From positions 62,001 through 126,000 of the forward strand of contig CDMY01000307.1 of NCBI GenBank assembly GCA_001179505.1: DNA of 64,000 nt, in the 5' to 3' direction. The notes below the pieces were generated by a model that did not search any database, was not told where the DNA came from, and worked only from the letters and a program-made list of their open reading frames with translations. The position numbers and the translations under genes are program-made. Positions 1 to 13,308 of this stretch are shown in pieces. The DNA is from Vitrella brassicaformis CCMP3155. Lineage: Eukaryota > Protista > Chromerida. Every line of letters begins with the position of its first letter. The stretch's first letter is position 1.

Positions 1-238
1 TGTGTGGGTGTCTGACGGATTTTTTCAATGGGAGGATGCAGTACGTGGGAATCCTTTTTCTCACCACACACAGATTCATTCACCAACACCGAACACGCAT
101 TGTCAGCCACCATCCACCATTCTGCAAGTGCAGCACTGCATCTTACAAGCGACAGCGACATTGCCAGTGTCCTCACTGCAGTCATCGATAGATTGACACA
201 TTGAACAAAACCACCCCGGCACCGCCCCACTAAGCTCT

Positions 239-1750
239 TCACGAGTGTGTGACGTCCATTCGGCTCTGCTCGACCACCTGCAGCACATCACCCAGACGCA
301 CCGGCTCCGCACACGCACCAACCTGCACACACACATGACCCATGTCAGGCCTCTCTCTGCGTCTGCGTACCATCTTGACTGTCATGGCTCCCGCAGCGCA
401 GCCGAGCTTCAGACCGAGCTCCACAGAGCGGCCCCACACCCAGCCGAACAGAAAGCCCGCATCGAAGGCATCGCCCGCACCGGTGGCGTCCACAATGGCC
501 TCACTCGGTAAGGACACAGCCGGGCACCGATACACACGATATGGCAAAGAACTGCACAGACAGACAGGCAGCATGAGAGGGCAGACAGAGAGTGGCGGGG
601 CGGGATGGGTGTGTGTGGATGTGTGTGCATCATCTTACCTGTCCTGTGTGTCTGGGTGTGTCTTTCGCTGTGCTGCGATAGCGCCGCGGTCGCCCTGCTT
701 CATGACCACCAGGGGGACGCGGCGCACGAGCCAATCGAGGGCGGCCATGCGGTCAGACACATCTGCACGCACTCATGGTGTGGCTGAGTGGTGGATGGGA
801 TGTTGTTGTGTGTTGACTGACTGGCGTACTCGCGATGCGCGTGGCCTCGGTCTCGTTGGGGAGGAAGCAGTCGATCAGCGGCAGGACGTCACCCATGCCG
901 TCGAACCGATCTGAACACACACACACACACCCATCCATCTCTGTGTGTGTGTGTGTGTGTGTGTTGGTGTCTAGCTAAAGGCGCACCCACCACCAGTACA
1001 TGTATGTGTCTTGCCGTTCTCTGTATGTTTCTGTGTGAGTGGCGCGAGTGCAGTGTGACAGAGACGCCTGGGACACAAATCATTCGAATGCTTCGGTTGT
1101 CCGCATTGGCTTTGACGACGATCCCTTCACACAGTCTGGCAATGACGACGGGCATTACGGGATGTCCCATGCCATCTGTCTCTGTACACACACAAATGTG
1201 TCCACGGATGGATCCATTGTCATTGTCATGCCCACATGCAGCCAATGCACACACCACCACACACCCAGTCCACTAAACAGTCAGCTACTTGTGTGTCTTC
1301 CTTGACGCCATCCAGCCGCCCTGCAGAACACACACCAACACACACAGACACACACAATGCACACACAGATCAGGTCCTCTGCATCATGTGTGTGGCCCTC
1401 ACCTTCATGGTCTACGGTGCCTGGCCGTCGAGGACGATGGGGGCGATGGGGCCGAGGACGCGGCGGGCCTTGCCGGCCGTCAGGGGGAATCGCTGGGCGA
1501 AGGGCGCGTCATGGGCCACACCTGCTGCTGACGCCTCGGTGGTATAGACGGTGACGCTCACTGCACGCAAACGATAGCGGATGATCAGACAACATGACAG
1601 CAATGAGTACCGTCCTGGTTGTCGCCTGGAGGGGTGCCCAAGGCAATGTATGCGATGAAGGGGTCATCCGACGATGTCAAAACATGCAGCCGCACACACA
1701 GCCCATCGACCGCCTCGTAGTCCATCACGTGTGAGCAGTCGTCGAATGGC
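239..1750 (-). CDS. PfkB/ribokinase-family carbohydrate kinase (multi-exon; 5' end uncertain)
   Basis: Spliced exons give DCFLPNETEA (~830-910), VVMKQGDRGA (641-772) and the PfkB signature IVDATGAGDAFDAGFLFG (371-551). The last exon ends at the stop at 239. Upstream exons (1000-1750) could not be fixed. Confidence 0.8.
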
Positions 1751-1935
1751 GTGTGTGGCGGTCGGGTCAGCATACGATCCAGATGGCCGCCACGCTCACT
1801 CCTGACACACACATCCATGTTTGAAACAGACTACGAGCGACCTGCTCTCTTCATCCACTTACCGGTCTACCGCCACCATCGGCGACTCAGAGGTGCCGCC
1901 CACAGCCATCCTTCGATGAAGCACCATCAGGCCCT

Positions 1936-3186
1936 TCAGCAGGCAACTCGCCGACGGATTGACGCCCCCTCGTTGGCGGCGACAGCCGCCCAGCCCACAA
2001 CATCCTGCCACCCAATGCGGCACCGGGCGGGCGGGTCGTGTGGCTTGGCGTGCTGCTGGAAGGGGTGCTGCGAGAAGGGATGCACGGGGCGGTTGGGGAG
2101 GGGGAGGGGGAGGGGCGGGTTGAGGGTGATGGCGAAGTTGGGCTCGTTGCGGATGGCGCGAATCTCATGGTTATAGCGGAAGAGCTCGAGTGTGCCGTCC
2201 TGCTGGCCGTTGGGGCGACGGAGGGCCACATGGCGGCCGACGATCATCCACTGCGCAAACACACGGGGCAGTGACGAGTAGTCTTGCACCCAACAGACAC
2301 AGAGACAGAGAGCCATTCACTTATTGCCCCATTGCCTCTTCTGGTGTGTGTCGTGCTTACCGCCTTGGTGGGGTGTGTCTGCACATCTCCGGCGCCCACT
2401 GTGACCGGCAGCTGACAATAGCCAAAATGCTCTGAGAATCTCAGTGTGTCCGCCACCTCCCCCCAGCCGCCCTCGCCCCCCTCCTCCATCACCCACATGG
2501 CCTTCATCACATCGCCGTGACTCAGCTGATCGTCGAACTGCACCACGCCGCTCACCCCCGCACACTCGATGGCCTGCCGCAGCCGAATATTGCGGACGAT
2601 GGGCCGCACGGCATCTCTGAAGTGGCGGGCTGTCGCCTTGAGTCGGGCGACGGCGGTGAGGTCAGACAGTTCCAGGACGATGCTCATCGGCCTGGCGGGA
2701 ATGTCAGACACCTGCAACCGCCGAGCCTGACGACACACAGAAAGACACACATCATGGAGCTGTGTGTGTGTGTGTGTGTGTGTGTGGTCTCCCTTTCACC
2801 ACCTGAGTGCGGGTGTGTGTTGTGAGTGCGATGGTCGAGTCGATGCTGTCCGCCAGCTGGGCCAGACGGGCCGATTCGTTGGCGAGTTGACGACTGACCT
2901 TGGCCACCACCTGATGAATCACACGAGAGCATCATGCCACTCAAAGGCCTTTGTGCTGTGTGCAGCAGTCTGTTCTTACCAGTGGTGTGATCGCAGCGGT
3001 GTCCATCTGAGTGAGTCGGCCAATGCCATTGTTGACCTGCACACCACAGCACACACAAACAACACAAGCAGGCAACCGATGAGCGGGGGATGGACTGTAC
3101 GAGTGCGTGTGCCGATTACGTACCCTGGCCTGATTGGTCTGATAGGCCTGAATCTGTGCCAGCAGCTGCTGCCGCATCGCCGCCAT
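1936..3186 (-). CDS. Lineage-specific protein with coiled-coil N-terminus and F-box-like segment (3' end uncertain)
   Basis: ATG 3186 MAAMRQQLLAQIQAYQ, followed by GT-AG exons. Segment SIVLELSDLTAVARLKATARHFRDAV is F-box-like, then a long coding-biased region to ~1936. Confidence 0.55.
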
Positions 3187-3513
3187 TGACGTCTGCAGCT
3201 GTCTGGCCTCTCGTCTGTCTGCCCTCTCTGTCTGTCTGTCTGTCTGTCGACGTGGCTGTCTGTTTGTCGACGTGGCTGTCTGTCCGACGGGCAGTCTCAC
3301 AACGCACTCACGTCGGCTCACACGTGCCGTTATGCATCCTTTGCCGTTCTTTCTTCTTTTCAGCGACTTCTTGCGATCGCGAGCTTCCTTGAGGGCGTTC
3401 CCCGCCGACCCTTAGTGGAAAGCGCCACGAGCTTCTGCGCCGATGATTCAGGGCTGAATGCAGATCTACCCTCACCTTGCCAGCGCAGAGTGAAGATTGT
3501 CTTGTTCTGAGCC

Positions 3514-5537
3514 ATGGAGCCATCAAGAGGCCCTGTTGCTCATCGCAGCGATAGCAGCTCTTGCTGTTCCAGCAGCCGCCCGCAAAGCGGGAGAGGACGA
3601 CCCTCGAAGAGGCGACTTCATCTCGTCTTTCGGCTGTGCCTCACTGCTGCCGTCGCATCTGCTTTCCAGCCGTCCAATCATGCCTTCCACCATCCTCCTT
3701 CGCTCGTGCGGCGGCCGTCAGCAAGGCGGCCGCGTGCTATGGTGTCTGCGAGAAGGGGACCCCTCTCTCTCTGGATGAAGAGCTCAGACGAGCGGTCAGC
3801 GTCACTCCTTACGAGTGGAGGAGAGAAGAAGGAGCCCGCATCGTTGTTGGGTAAAGCGGCTGCTGATTCATCTTTCACCGGTCCTTTCGTCCGCTGGTTC
3901 AAGCGCCGCGCTTTGCTGGGTGTGGAGCCGTCACCCGAGCTGGCCGCCATCCTTATCGTCTATTTCGTCCAAGGTGCGTCCGGCCTCGCCCGCCTGGCGA
4001 CCTCGTTCTTCTTCAAAGACGACCTGCAGGTGTCGCCGGCTGAGGTGGCTGCCCTTACGGGGCTGATCTACCTGCCCTGGTTCATCAAACCTGTCTATGG
4101 CTTTCTGTCGGACGCTGTGCCGATCGCCGGATACAGGCGGCGGAGCTACCTCGCCTTGTCGGGTGTGCTTGGCGCCGCTGCGTGGCTCGCACTGGCCAAC
4201 CCAGACCTTGTCAACACACCCGCCACGGTCAGTGAGCGCACGAGACTCTGGTCTTTGTTTTGAATGATGGATGGATGGATGTGTGCAGGCGCTGGCGGCG
4301 TGCATATTGACGAACTTGAGTGTGGCTGTGGCTGACGTGGTGGCCGACAGCCTGGTGGTGGAGAGGACGCGTGACGGCCCGCCGGAGGCCACTGCCGGAT
4401 CGCTGCAGTCACTCTGCTGGGGCAGGTGAGGACACACAAGGGATGACACCCAAAACGACTCCATCTGATTTCTTTGGCTGCCTCCTTCCGCTCAGCTCTG
4501 CGATCGGTGGTCTGTTGACGGCCTACTCGTCCGGCTCTCTGCTGTCGTCACTCACCTCGCGGCAGGTGTTCGGTCTGACGGCGGTATTCCCGCTGCTGGT
4601 GCTCTTGATGGCCTTCCTCATCAACGAGAAGCCCGTCCACTTCGTCACCAACAACGGCGATAGCAGCAAAGGCGGGGCATCCCCACAGGTGAGGAACGTG
4701 GCCGTGTACGAGCAGGGCAAAGGGCAGGGCAGAGAGCTGACTGTGACTGAGGAGCTGGCGGAGCAGGCCAAGCGGCTGTGGTCGGCCGTCAAGCGGAAAG
4801 AGATCCTGCTGCCCACCCTCTTCCTCTTTCTCTTTCGCGCCACACCGAGCAGCGACAGCGCCTTTTTCTTCTTCCTCACGAATGACATCAAACTGAGCCC
4901 CGAGTTCCTCGGTCGAGTGCGGCTCGGAACCAGTGCCGGCAGCCTGGTCGGCGTGTGGCTGTACAACACTTTTCTGAAGGAGGTGCCCATCAAGAAGCTG
5001 CTCGTGGGGACCACGCTGGCCTCCCTGCCCATCGGCCTGAGTCAGCTGCTGCTCATCACACACGTCAACCGAGACCTGGGCATTCCCGACACCTGGCTGT
5101 GCTTCGGCGACGATGTGGCGGCCACAGTGCTGGGGCAGCTGGCATTCCTACCCACCCTTGTGCTCGCAGCGCAGCTCTGCCCTCCTGGTGTTGAAGGCAC
5201 CTTGTTTGCCACTCTGATGAGCATCTTCAACGCGGCTGCCGGTGTGGGCACCGAGCTGGGCGCCGTGCTGACATCGGCCTTTGGCGTGACCGACTCGGAC
5301 TTCACCAACCTGGGCGCGTTGGTGACCCTCTGCAACGTCAGCAGCCTCTTCCCTTTGCTGTTTATCAACCTGCTGCCCGACGGACGGCCGCAGTTGAGTA
5401 ACCGTGATGGTGAAGACACAAGTGCAAAGGGAGCAGAAGGGAGTAGTGGGAGTGACGGCCGAGAGGCCGAGGGAGGGCGGGTGAATGGGTTGGCGGAGGG
5501 GAGGGAAAAGGCGATGGATAAGGTGGGGCGTGACTGA
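3514..5537 (+). CDS. BT1: BT1/folate-biopterin transporter, plastid type (3 exons)
   Basis: YFVQG..GLARLA.SFF.KDDL, LPW.IKP.YGF.SD.VP..GYRRRSY and [14 protein letters not shown] motifs. Leader has a hydrophobic stretch then AVASAFQP. Introns at ~4228-4289 and ~4425-4495. Confidence 0.93.
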
Positions 5538-5863
5538 GCCATACATACATGCGCATACTGACTGACGACCGTACGTGGGTTGGACGTCCGTGTGTGAGGC
5601 CCATCGCCTGTTTTGTCATGAGTTCTTCTGACGGCTGCTGGCGTGTGTGCGAGTTGGTTGTGTGCATGTGTCGGCGACGACCGAATGTGCATATGTACAA
5701 TAGTGAGTGGACACTCACATGTCTGTGTCGGAGGCGTCTGTAGATTTTCTGCCGTTCTAGAACGACCAACTAAATGAATGAGTCTGCACATCCATCACAG
5801 GTATCTCACACCCGTCAGCACAATAGCACCATTTCCCATGCACCCAGGTAGCCAACACAGGCA

Positions 5864-7463
5864 TCACTTTCTGAGGAATCCCAGCGGCAGCTGCGAAGGT
5901 GCGCATGGGTAGGGAGGCGTCTTGAAGTACTCGTGGGCAAGCGCCTGACACACACAACCAACTCACAATACAGCATTAGTCGCTGTTTGCCCGGCAGTGT
6001 TGTGTGCACCTACCTCTTTGGCGGAGATGCGCTGGTTTGGATTGAGGACGAGCAGCTGTCTGAGGAGGGCCAATGAGAGCTCCGACACGCCAGGCCCGAA
6101 GACCTGCCTGAAGTCCTGGGGTGGGGCGTAAGTGAACTCACAGTATCGGGGCAGATGCTTGGCGCCCTACACACAACACAAACAGACAGCTGTAATGGGC
6201 ACCAACACAGACATGGATGGATGGATGGATGGATGGGCACCGGCCAGTTTGTTTCGGTGGGTGTCCCCATGACGTCGAATATCTTGGCCAGCTGATCCAC
6301 CTCTCCCTGACCGTTGAACAGCGGACGACTGCGCACACGACAGACATACACACACGCATCTCGATCCTTCCTGCCGGCCGGCTTGCTTGCCCACCCCAGC
6401 AGCATTTCAGCAAAGATGCAGCCGACGCTCCAGATGTCGACCTTGTCACCTGACACACACAGGCAGACCAGGTGGTCCACTCCACGTGTGTCCTCCTCTC
6501 TCTCTCCTGTGCTTACTGTACAGCCTGGCGAAGTAGAGCAGCTCAGGCGGCCGATACCAGCTGCGCACACGCACCAGGCAGGCACGTGCATATGAATCAG
6601 TCGTGTGCCCACGCCGGCATGATCCTCCCTGTATGTCTTTTCTTCCTTACATGGTGACGACTTGAGGCGTCATGGCCCGGTCGGGCGAGCCGTGGCTGCG
6701 AGCCAGACCGAAATCACCCAGCTTGATCTCACCTGACAACCATCGCACCACACAGGTGTGGTGTGTGCACTGGACAGTGGTGGTCATTCTGTGTTGGTCG
6801 CTCACCTTCTGCGTTGATGAAGACGTTTGCAGGCGCCAAATCCTTGAGAACGATGAGTGCACAAAGATGTATGTGAAGTGATTTCTTGCCCCTCTCTCAC
6901 CCTGTGAATGAAATACCACGAGTGCATGACCTCCAAACCTGACAAGACACGCACGAGCGCAGAACCATCCAGCTATGTGTGTGTCTGTGTGTTTGTGTGC
7001 TGCCGTCTGTCTGTCTGTCTGTCTGTCTCACCTTGCAGTATTTGCTGCATCATGCCCTTGATGTGCGCCTCAGTCAGCTGCGGATGGGAACCCAAAAACT
7101 GAAGACACACCCGTGAGTGAGTCAGTCAATGAGTGAATGAACTAGCCGGTTGTTGCTTGCCTTCTTGAGATCGGTGTGCATGAAATCCATCACCAAGTTG
7201 ACGAAGTCGCCCTCGGCATACACATCGATCAACTGCACACACACACACACACACAGACGTGAGAGAGAGTGCCTGTCTGTGTGTCTGTGTGTTCGTTCTC
7301 ACCCCCATGACGTTTTTGTGTCGGATTTCCTTCATGATTTTGATTTCCCTGAGAACGGTGAAGTGGATGCCGGCCTCGCCCACCGGCAGCCGGCCGCTGT
7401 GCTGCTCCTCGTCGACACACTTGCGGTCCAGCTTGACCCGCTTGACGGCCACTATCCTAAACA

Positions 7464-7501
<38 letters not shown>

Positions 7502-7758
7502 TGGATGAGTGTTTCTGTGTGCGGCAACACTCACTTGTTTGTCGCCTTGTCCAGCGCCTTTGCGACCGTCCCATACGTCCCGGCGCCGATGTTGGCGTCC
7601 AACAAGGAGTAGCGACCGCTGCCCTGCAACAAACAAAGAAGCACACACGAATGCGACAAGCAAGCAATCATTCTCGGTTCTGTTGCTGGTCTGCTTACCT
7701 TGCTGGTCGTGGTGCTTGGCGCCTGCGCCTCTCCCGTCGCCCCGCTCGCCGTCTGCAT
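5864..7758 (-). CDS. CDK7: CDK-activating kinase, CDK7/MRK type (multi-exon)
   Basis: [46 protein letters not shown]-loop [32 protein letters not shown]. These match Plasmodium MRK-like kinases. Confidence 0.9.
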
Positions 7759-7935
7759 GGCCTCGGGAACACTCACCGCTGACACTTATCCATCGATTGG
7801 CCAGATCTGCGTCGGTTTGCCGTGCAGAATGCCCAAGAGGCCGACGCGATTTGTTTTTGCCTTCTCAGGAAGTCAAACAGAAGAACCTGAGCTCGCAGTG
7901 ATGACGCGCACCAACTACTAGCGCAACACAGGGCC

Positions 7936-10013
7936 ATGGAGGAGCCTCGGAGTGGCCCGGCGGCGTCGGCCACGTCAGGCGCCTCCAACGCTGGCGGCTC
8001 GAGCAACCAGCATCTTCGCCTGTACCCCCTGGCACAGGTACGTGTTCCTCATTCATTTGGTTGATTGGTTTGCTGGTTCCGTCCATCCATCCATCAGATG
8101 CTGCCGTCATCCCACGAGCGCTACACGACCGGCACGCGTGTGTGGATGGTGACGACCAAGAAGGGCAGGCAGGAGTGGGTGAAGGCCGACGTCTATCGCA
8201 CTGAGGAGACCAGCGGGGCGACGAGAGTGTCCATGAGGGAGGTAGAGGGAACAGAGGAGTTCACTGTGAAGGTGCCGCACCAGCCCAAGGCATCGCCGCA
8301 CGGCCGACAGGTACTTACGTCAGTAGGCAGAGCTGCCTCCACCTCCACTGCTTGAATGATCCTGTGTGTGTTCTGTCTGATGTGATGTGTGTGCAGGTCC
8401 ACAAGGGCTTCAGGTTCGTCAAGACGGTACCTGTGCAGCGACCTGTAGATGAGGATACTGACAACGGCACGGTACTCGAGCAGCCACAGACACATGAATG
8501 AAGCAAGCAGCCCACACTGCCTCCCTCCTCTCCGTTGGTTGCCTTGTTGTTCTGTCCGGCCATCAGCCTCGCCTGTTTGAGCTGCCCCAGGAGGTCGAGA
8601 AGGGCGTCCTTTGGCCCCTCCTCGGCGGCGACCTTGCCATCAGCCTGGCCCGCATCCGCACCACATGCCGCCTTGGCCGAGAGCGGGTCTCTGCGGACCT
8701 CCTCAGATCGCTGATCGATGCACAGCTCACCGGCAAGGGCCTCCAGGACATCATCAGCTACGACCTCTCGTCCGTCGGTCATCTGCAGCGGTTCCTGTAC
8801 ATCATCGACAACAGCGGCGAGTGGGCGGCGACGGTGCGCATCATCAGGGTGGCGAAGCATCAGCGGCGGAGTGGTGGGAAGTTGCCGATAGAGCTGACCA
8901 GTGCTGATGTGTTGGGGGTGGGCGGCCGGGCGGTGTTCGACGGGCGGTGTGAGGCGCTGCGCCAGCTCTCACTCATCAAGCGTCACATCAACATGACGCT
9001 CGAGCGCCGCAGCAACGGCGAGGAGCAGCTGGGTGGGCGTCCACTGACCATCCGCCCACTTCACTCGCTGCCGGCCAACAGCCCCTATCGCAATGCATAC
9101 GACTCGGCCAACCCCGTGTGTGAGTATCTAGGTGAGGGCGAGAAGGGAGGACTGCGGGCAATGGATTAGTTGGCTGCGTGTGTCTGTGTATGTCTGTTTG
9201 CAGGCTGTGTGTGTGCTTCAGTTCGCGACGCTGCGTTGAACAAGTGAGAAACATGGGCAGAATGACCCACACGAACACATTAACACATTGGCTGCACCGC
9301 TCTGCCATGATGTGTGTGTCTGACCAGGAAGCGTTATGGAGGGTCGCGAGTCGCGGACCAGGGGGCCACCCGGCACAACGATGCCACACGCTACGAGCGA
9401 CTCGTCAGTCACACACACACACACACACACACAGACCCACGATTGCCTCACCAGCTGCCCCACTCCCTCATTGTCATACGTCCCTTTTCGCTTCAGCGGG
9501 ATCTCGCCACTCAGCAGCCGCCCGTCTGGAACTGCCGCACCACAAGCACCAGCCACTGGGCGGGAGACGGAATCTTCAGCCGCGTGATAGTGCTGCACGG
9601 CGACCAGCCCGGCCAGACCTTCGCAGCCCACATCTACATCCGCAGCTACTCCGACTTTGCCCGCGCCTACCTGCACACGACGGAGGGACCGGTGGATGGC
9701 AAGGAGGGTGCGGCGGCATTCCCCGAGACAGTGACGGTGGTGCGGCAGCTGATGGAAGCCGATGACGAACAGGCGGCGTTTGGCGACCAGCTAGCTGTAG
9801 CCCTCCCCCCAGCTGATGGCGGTGGTGAGGGTGAGGGTGGCGGGCAGACCGCAGGCAAGCACAAGGAGGGGCGGCACACGGACGAGCTATGAATGGGTCA
9901 GTGTGGACGGATGTGTGGCTGCCTGCAGGTCCTGCTGCGGCCGCATCATCGGCAGCGAGCGGCAGCGTGTAGAGAGGGATGGGGGTGGCAGCACAACGAT
10001 AGAGGACGAGTAG
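7936..10013 (+). CDS. Lineage-specific F-box-like family protein, copy 1 (with SH3-like N-terminal exons)
   Basis: Exon 1 MEEPRSG...PLAQ; exon 2 RYTTGTRVWMV..EWVKADV; F-box-like RLFELPQEVEKGVLWPLL...RTTCR; VIVLHGDQPGQ; ends DGGGSTTIEDE*. Highly similar to 19865-22310 and 26185-27998. Confidence 0.8.
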
Positions 10014-10241
10014 CCCACAGTAGCCGACTTACTGACCCGCACGGACACGCACGAGGGGAAGGGACAGGGGAGGGACAGGGGAGGGGCTGACTGCAGGCGT
10101 TGACTGATGAGTGTGTGGATGGATGCATTCATGGGATGGATACGTGAAGGTGTTGTACAGTTGTGTGTTGGTCCAATGCGCAAATGATTCTTCTCCTCGT
10201 TTCGTGTGCGAGCTCGCGAGCGATTTCCCTGAGATGCCAAA

Positions 10242-12720
10242 ATGAGCCCTTCAGGCGTCCTGGTGGTCCTGTTGTGTGCGTTGTGGTGCGAGAAGGCCTT
10301 CGGTGGCGCGCCATGTCCGTGCAAAGACAGGTGCAAGAACCCGAAGTCGACGCATTCATCATGGCACGCATTCATCTGCAGATGCATGGCAGATCTCCCT
10401 TCTGTTTGTGTGTTGTCCACCACATTTCAGCCGTCTGTGCGAGCCCGTGCAGCGAGTGCCGTCCAAAGAGGTGTTTGGCTTCGGCTCGGCCTCGTGGCGC
10501 CAATACGACTGGGACGTCGTCACGACGTCTGAAAGATACACACCCGAATGTGTGCTGTGTATGCGATGTGCTCGTTTGCATCATCCATCAGCATTGCCTG
10601 GGCGAACGAGTCGGACACTGAGCTGCTGTGCCACGCACACAAGCACAAGTACAGCCACAGAGATGGTGCACATCGAGGGGTGGGTGGGATCACACGTGCA
10701 TGTGCTTCTGTTTGTTTGTCCATCCAGTGTGCGGTTGATATCAGCGGCGAATCGGCCGGAGAAGGCCTTCCTGAACGGCTCTGAGGCAGCCATGGTCGAG
10801 TGGGTTCGGTACGCTTACACGAATGCACACACACATACAAACGGTGCACGGAAAAGAGTGTGTGTGTGTGTGTGTGTGTAGGTCGACCGTTGCTCGTCTG
10901 TCGTCGATTCACTTTGACGGCGTGACGTTCGACTACGAGGCGCCGATGGACCCCACCGACACCCACACACAGATGAAATACGCAGAGGTATGTGCTGCAC
11001 GGGTGTGGACGGATCCATGGACATCGTGTGTTGTGTGTGTAGCTGGTGAAACGGACCAAGGAGGCGCTTGCGAAAGAGCGGCCCGGCTCACAGGTAGACA
11101 AGCAGGCAGGCAGGCAGGCAGACAGGCCTTGTGTGTGAAAATGGCTATGCCATGGAAATGTCTGTGTGGTGTGTGTTTGGCGTATGTGTGCAGGTGTCGG
11201 TGTGTGTGCCGTGGTCGCCGTATGACATCGACCAGCGGTCCTATGACTGGCGGGCTCTGGCTGATGCTGCCGACTTTCTCTATGTCATGGCATATGACAT
11301 ACAGAGCCAGGTACACGTTTCTAGCTCTGCGTGTCACATGGATTCGTGTGTGTATGTTTAAATCTGTGTGTGTGTTTACGTCAATGTTTGTGTGTGTGTG
11401 TGTGCAGATTCTTTCTCGGTGCATTGCGCAGCCGAACAGCCCCATTGAGGCGGCGAGATACGGCCTCAATGCCTACATGTAAGTGCGCACCCATCCACAC
11501 TCCCTCACAGAATGACGGATGTCGTGTGTGTGTATGCGTGGGCATCAACACACATACATCCGCCCGCCCAGGCGTCTGTCGATCCCGCCTTCCTCTCTGG
11601 TGCTGGGCGTGCCCTTCTACGGCTATGTCTACGGGTGGGTGCATGTGCACATGTGGCTGACCTGACTGCAAGCGCCCATCTACACGTGACATATGTGTGT
11701 GTCACTGTCACTCACAGGTGCTTCAACACGACGATAGGCGACACGCCCATCTGTGCGATAGAGGAGGATCCATTCAGATCAGTGGCATGCTCCGACGCTG
11801 CGGGATCACAATGGTACACACGCACACACACGGATGCATATCGAGTACACACCTCTCTGTCTCCGTCTCTCTCTGTGTTTGGATGTGTGTATGCAGGCCG
11901 TTCCGTGACATGTATCGTGTCTACAGTGGCGAGCTGGCGGGCGTGTGTGTCTCTGGTGTGCATTGGGACGAAGCCACCCAGTCACCCTGGTTCAACTTCT
12001 ACAGGTACACGCACAACACAGACACACGGCCCCACCCACATCCGACTGTGTGTGTGTGTGTGTGTGTGGATGCAGCCTGACAGACACCAAGCTGCAGCAG
12101 CAAGGGGAGAACAAGATGATGTTTAGACGGTATACAGAGGTGCACACACACACGGCTGCCATGGCTGCATCTATGTGTTCATTTGTCAGGTCGTTAACAC
12201 CTTCTTCGTGCAGTGCCACCATCCAACCCCAACACATACCCGTGCGGCAGGTACGCACACACACACACGTGTGTCTCATTTACACCCACACTTCCTCCAT
12301 CCATCCATCCATCCATCCGTTCATTCTCGTGCACAGGCGTGGTTCGACAGCCCCCGCAGCATCAGGGCAAAAGTCAGAATGGCCAAGGATATGGGTACGT
12401 ACTTAAGTGGGGGTGCACATACACATGGCCAAATCCATCTCAAAAATCCATTTCAATGGCGTGTGTGTGTGTGTCTCCAGGTCTGCGTGGTGTGGGTCCT
12501 TTTGCCTTCGACCAGCTGCTGCCTCGGGACGGCGCTCAGATCAAGGCCTCGCCCGGTAATTCAGCATTCTCGTGCGCGCGTCCATCCATCCATCCATCCA
12601 TCCATTCCTCAATCAGTGTCCCCTTATGTGTGTGCAGGGTTGAAGGATGCTGCTGGGGAGTTCTGGGGGGCGCTGGGAGAGATACGACAAGCCGATGCGA
12701 TGACGGCAACCGGCCAGTAG
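10242..12720 (+). CDS. CTBS: Secreted GH18 di-N-acetylchitobiase-like glycosidase (~14 exons)
   Basis: Signal peptide and CPC N-terminus; FDGVTFDYE catalytic motif; FLYVMAYD; LVLGVPFYGY; ACSDAAG; WDEATQSPWFNF; WFDSPRSIRAK; LRGVG.F..D. Confidence 0.85.
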
Positions 12721-13308
12721 ATGGAGACGCTTCCTTCGCGCCAACGCATGTGCGTGCGTGTGGCTATGCGTGTGGCTGTCCACGTGTAAGTGATGATTAG
12801 CTTGCCTAGTGGTGCGTGGTGTGTGTGGTATGTGGCATCCGGAAAGTAGGTCGTTGTTGCTGTTTTTCATTACATGTCGATACAACGTCATGCTACATAG
12901 GGCTGTATTGGGTGGGCCATTTGGACTGCTCGGGACGGACAGAGACATCACGTCATGAAGCTGTCTTGGCGTTCATCCATCTACACAGCTGTTGTTCGAA
13001 ACGCCTTTCACATCATGTGGCCATGATGTGGCCTCTTCGTCTCTCTTCTTCCCATCTTCTCTCCTCTCCTCTCCTCTATTTTGTGTACAGACCACCTGTG
13101 TATGCCCGCATGAACAAAACGACAAAAATGCCCTCGCCCATGCGTCCAGCACTTCTCCTTGTTTGTCTTTCCTTCTGCCTACTCATCATCTCAGTTAGCC
13201 ACGCTGACCACTCCCCTCGTCCCTCTCCCCCTCTGCCTCTCTGCTTTTCGACTATATACAGAACCCTCGTTCAATAATGCCCACTGTCCACATCGGTCTC
13301 AAGAGAGC

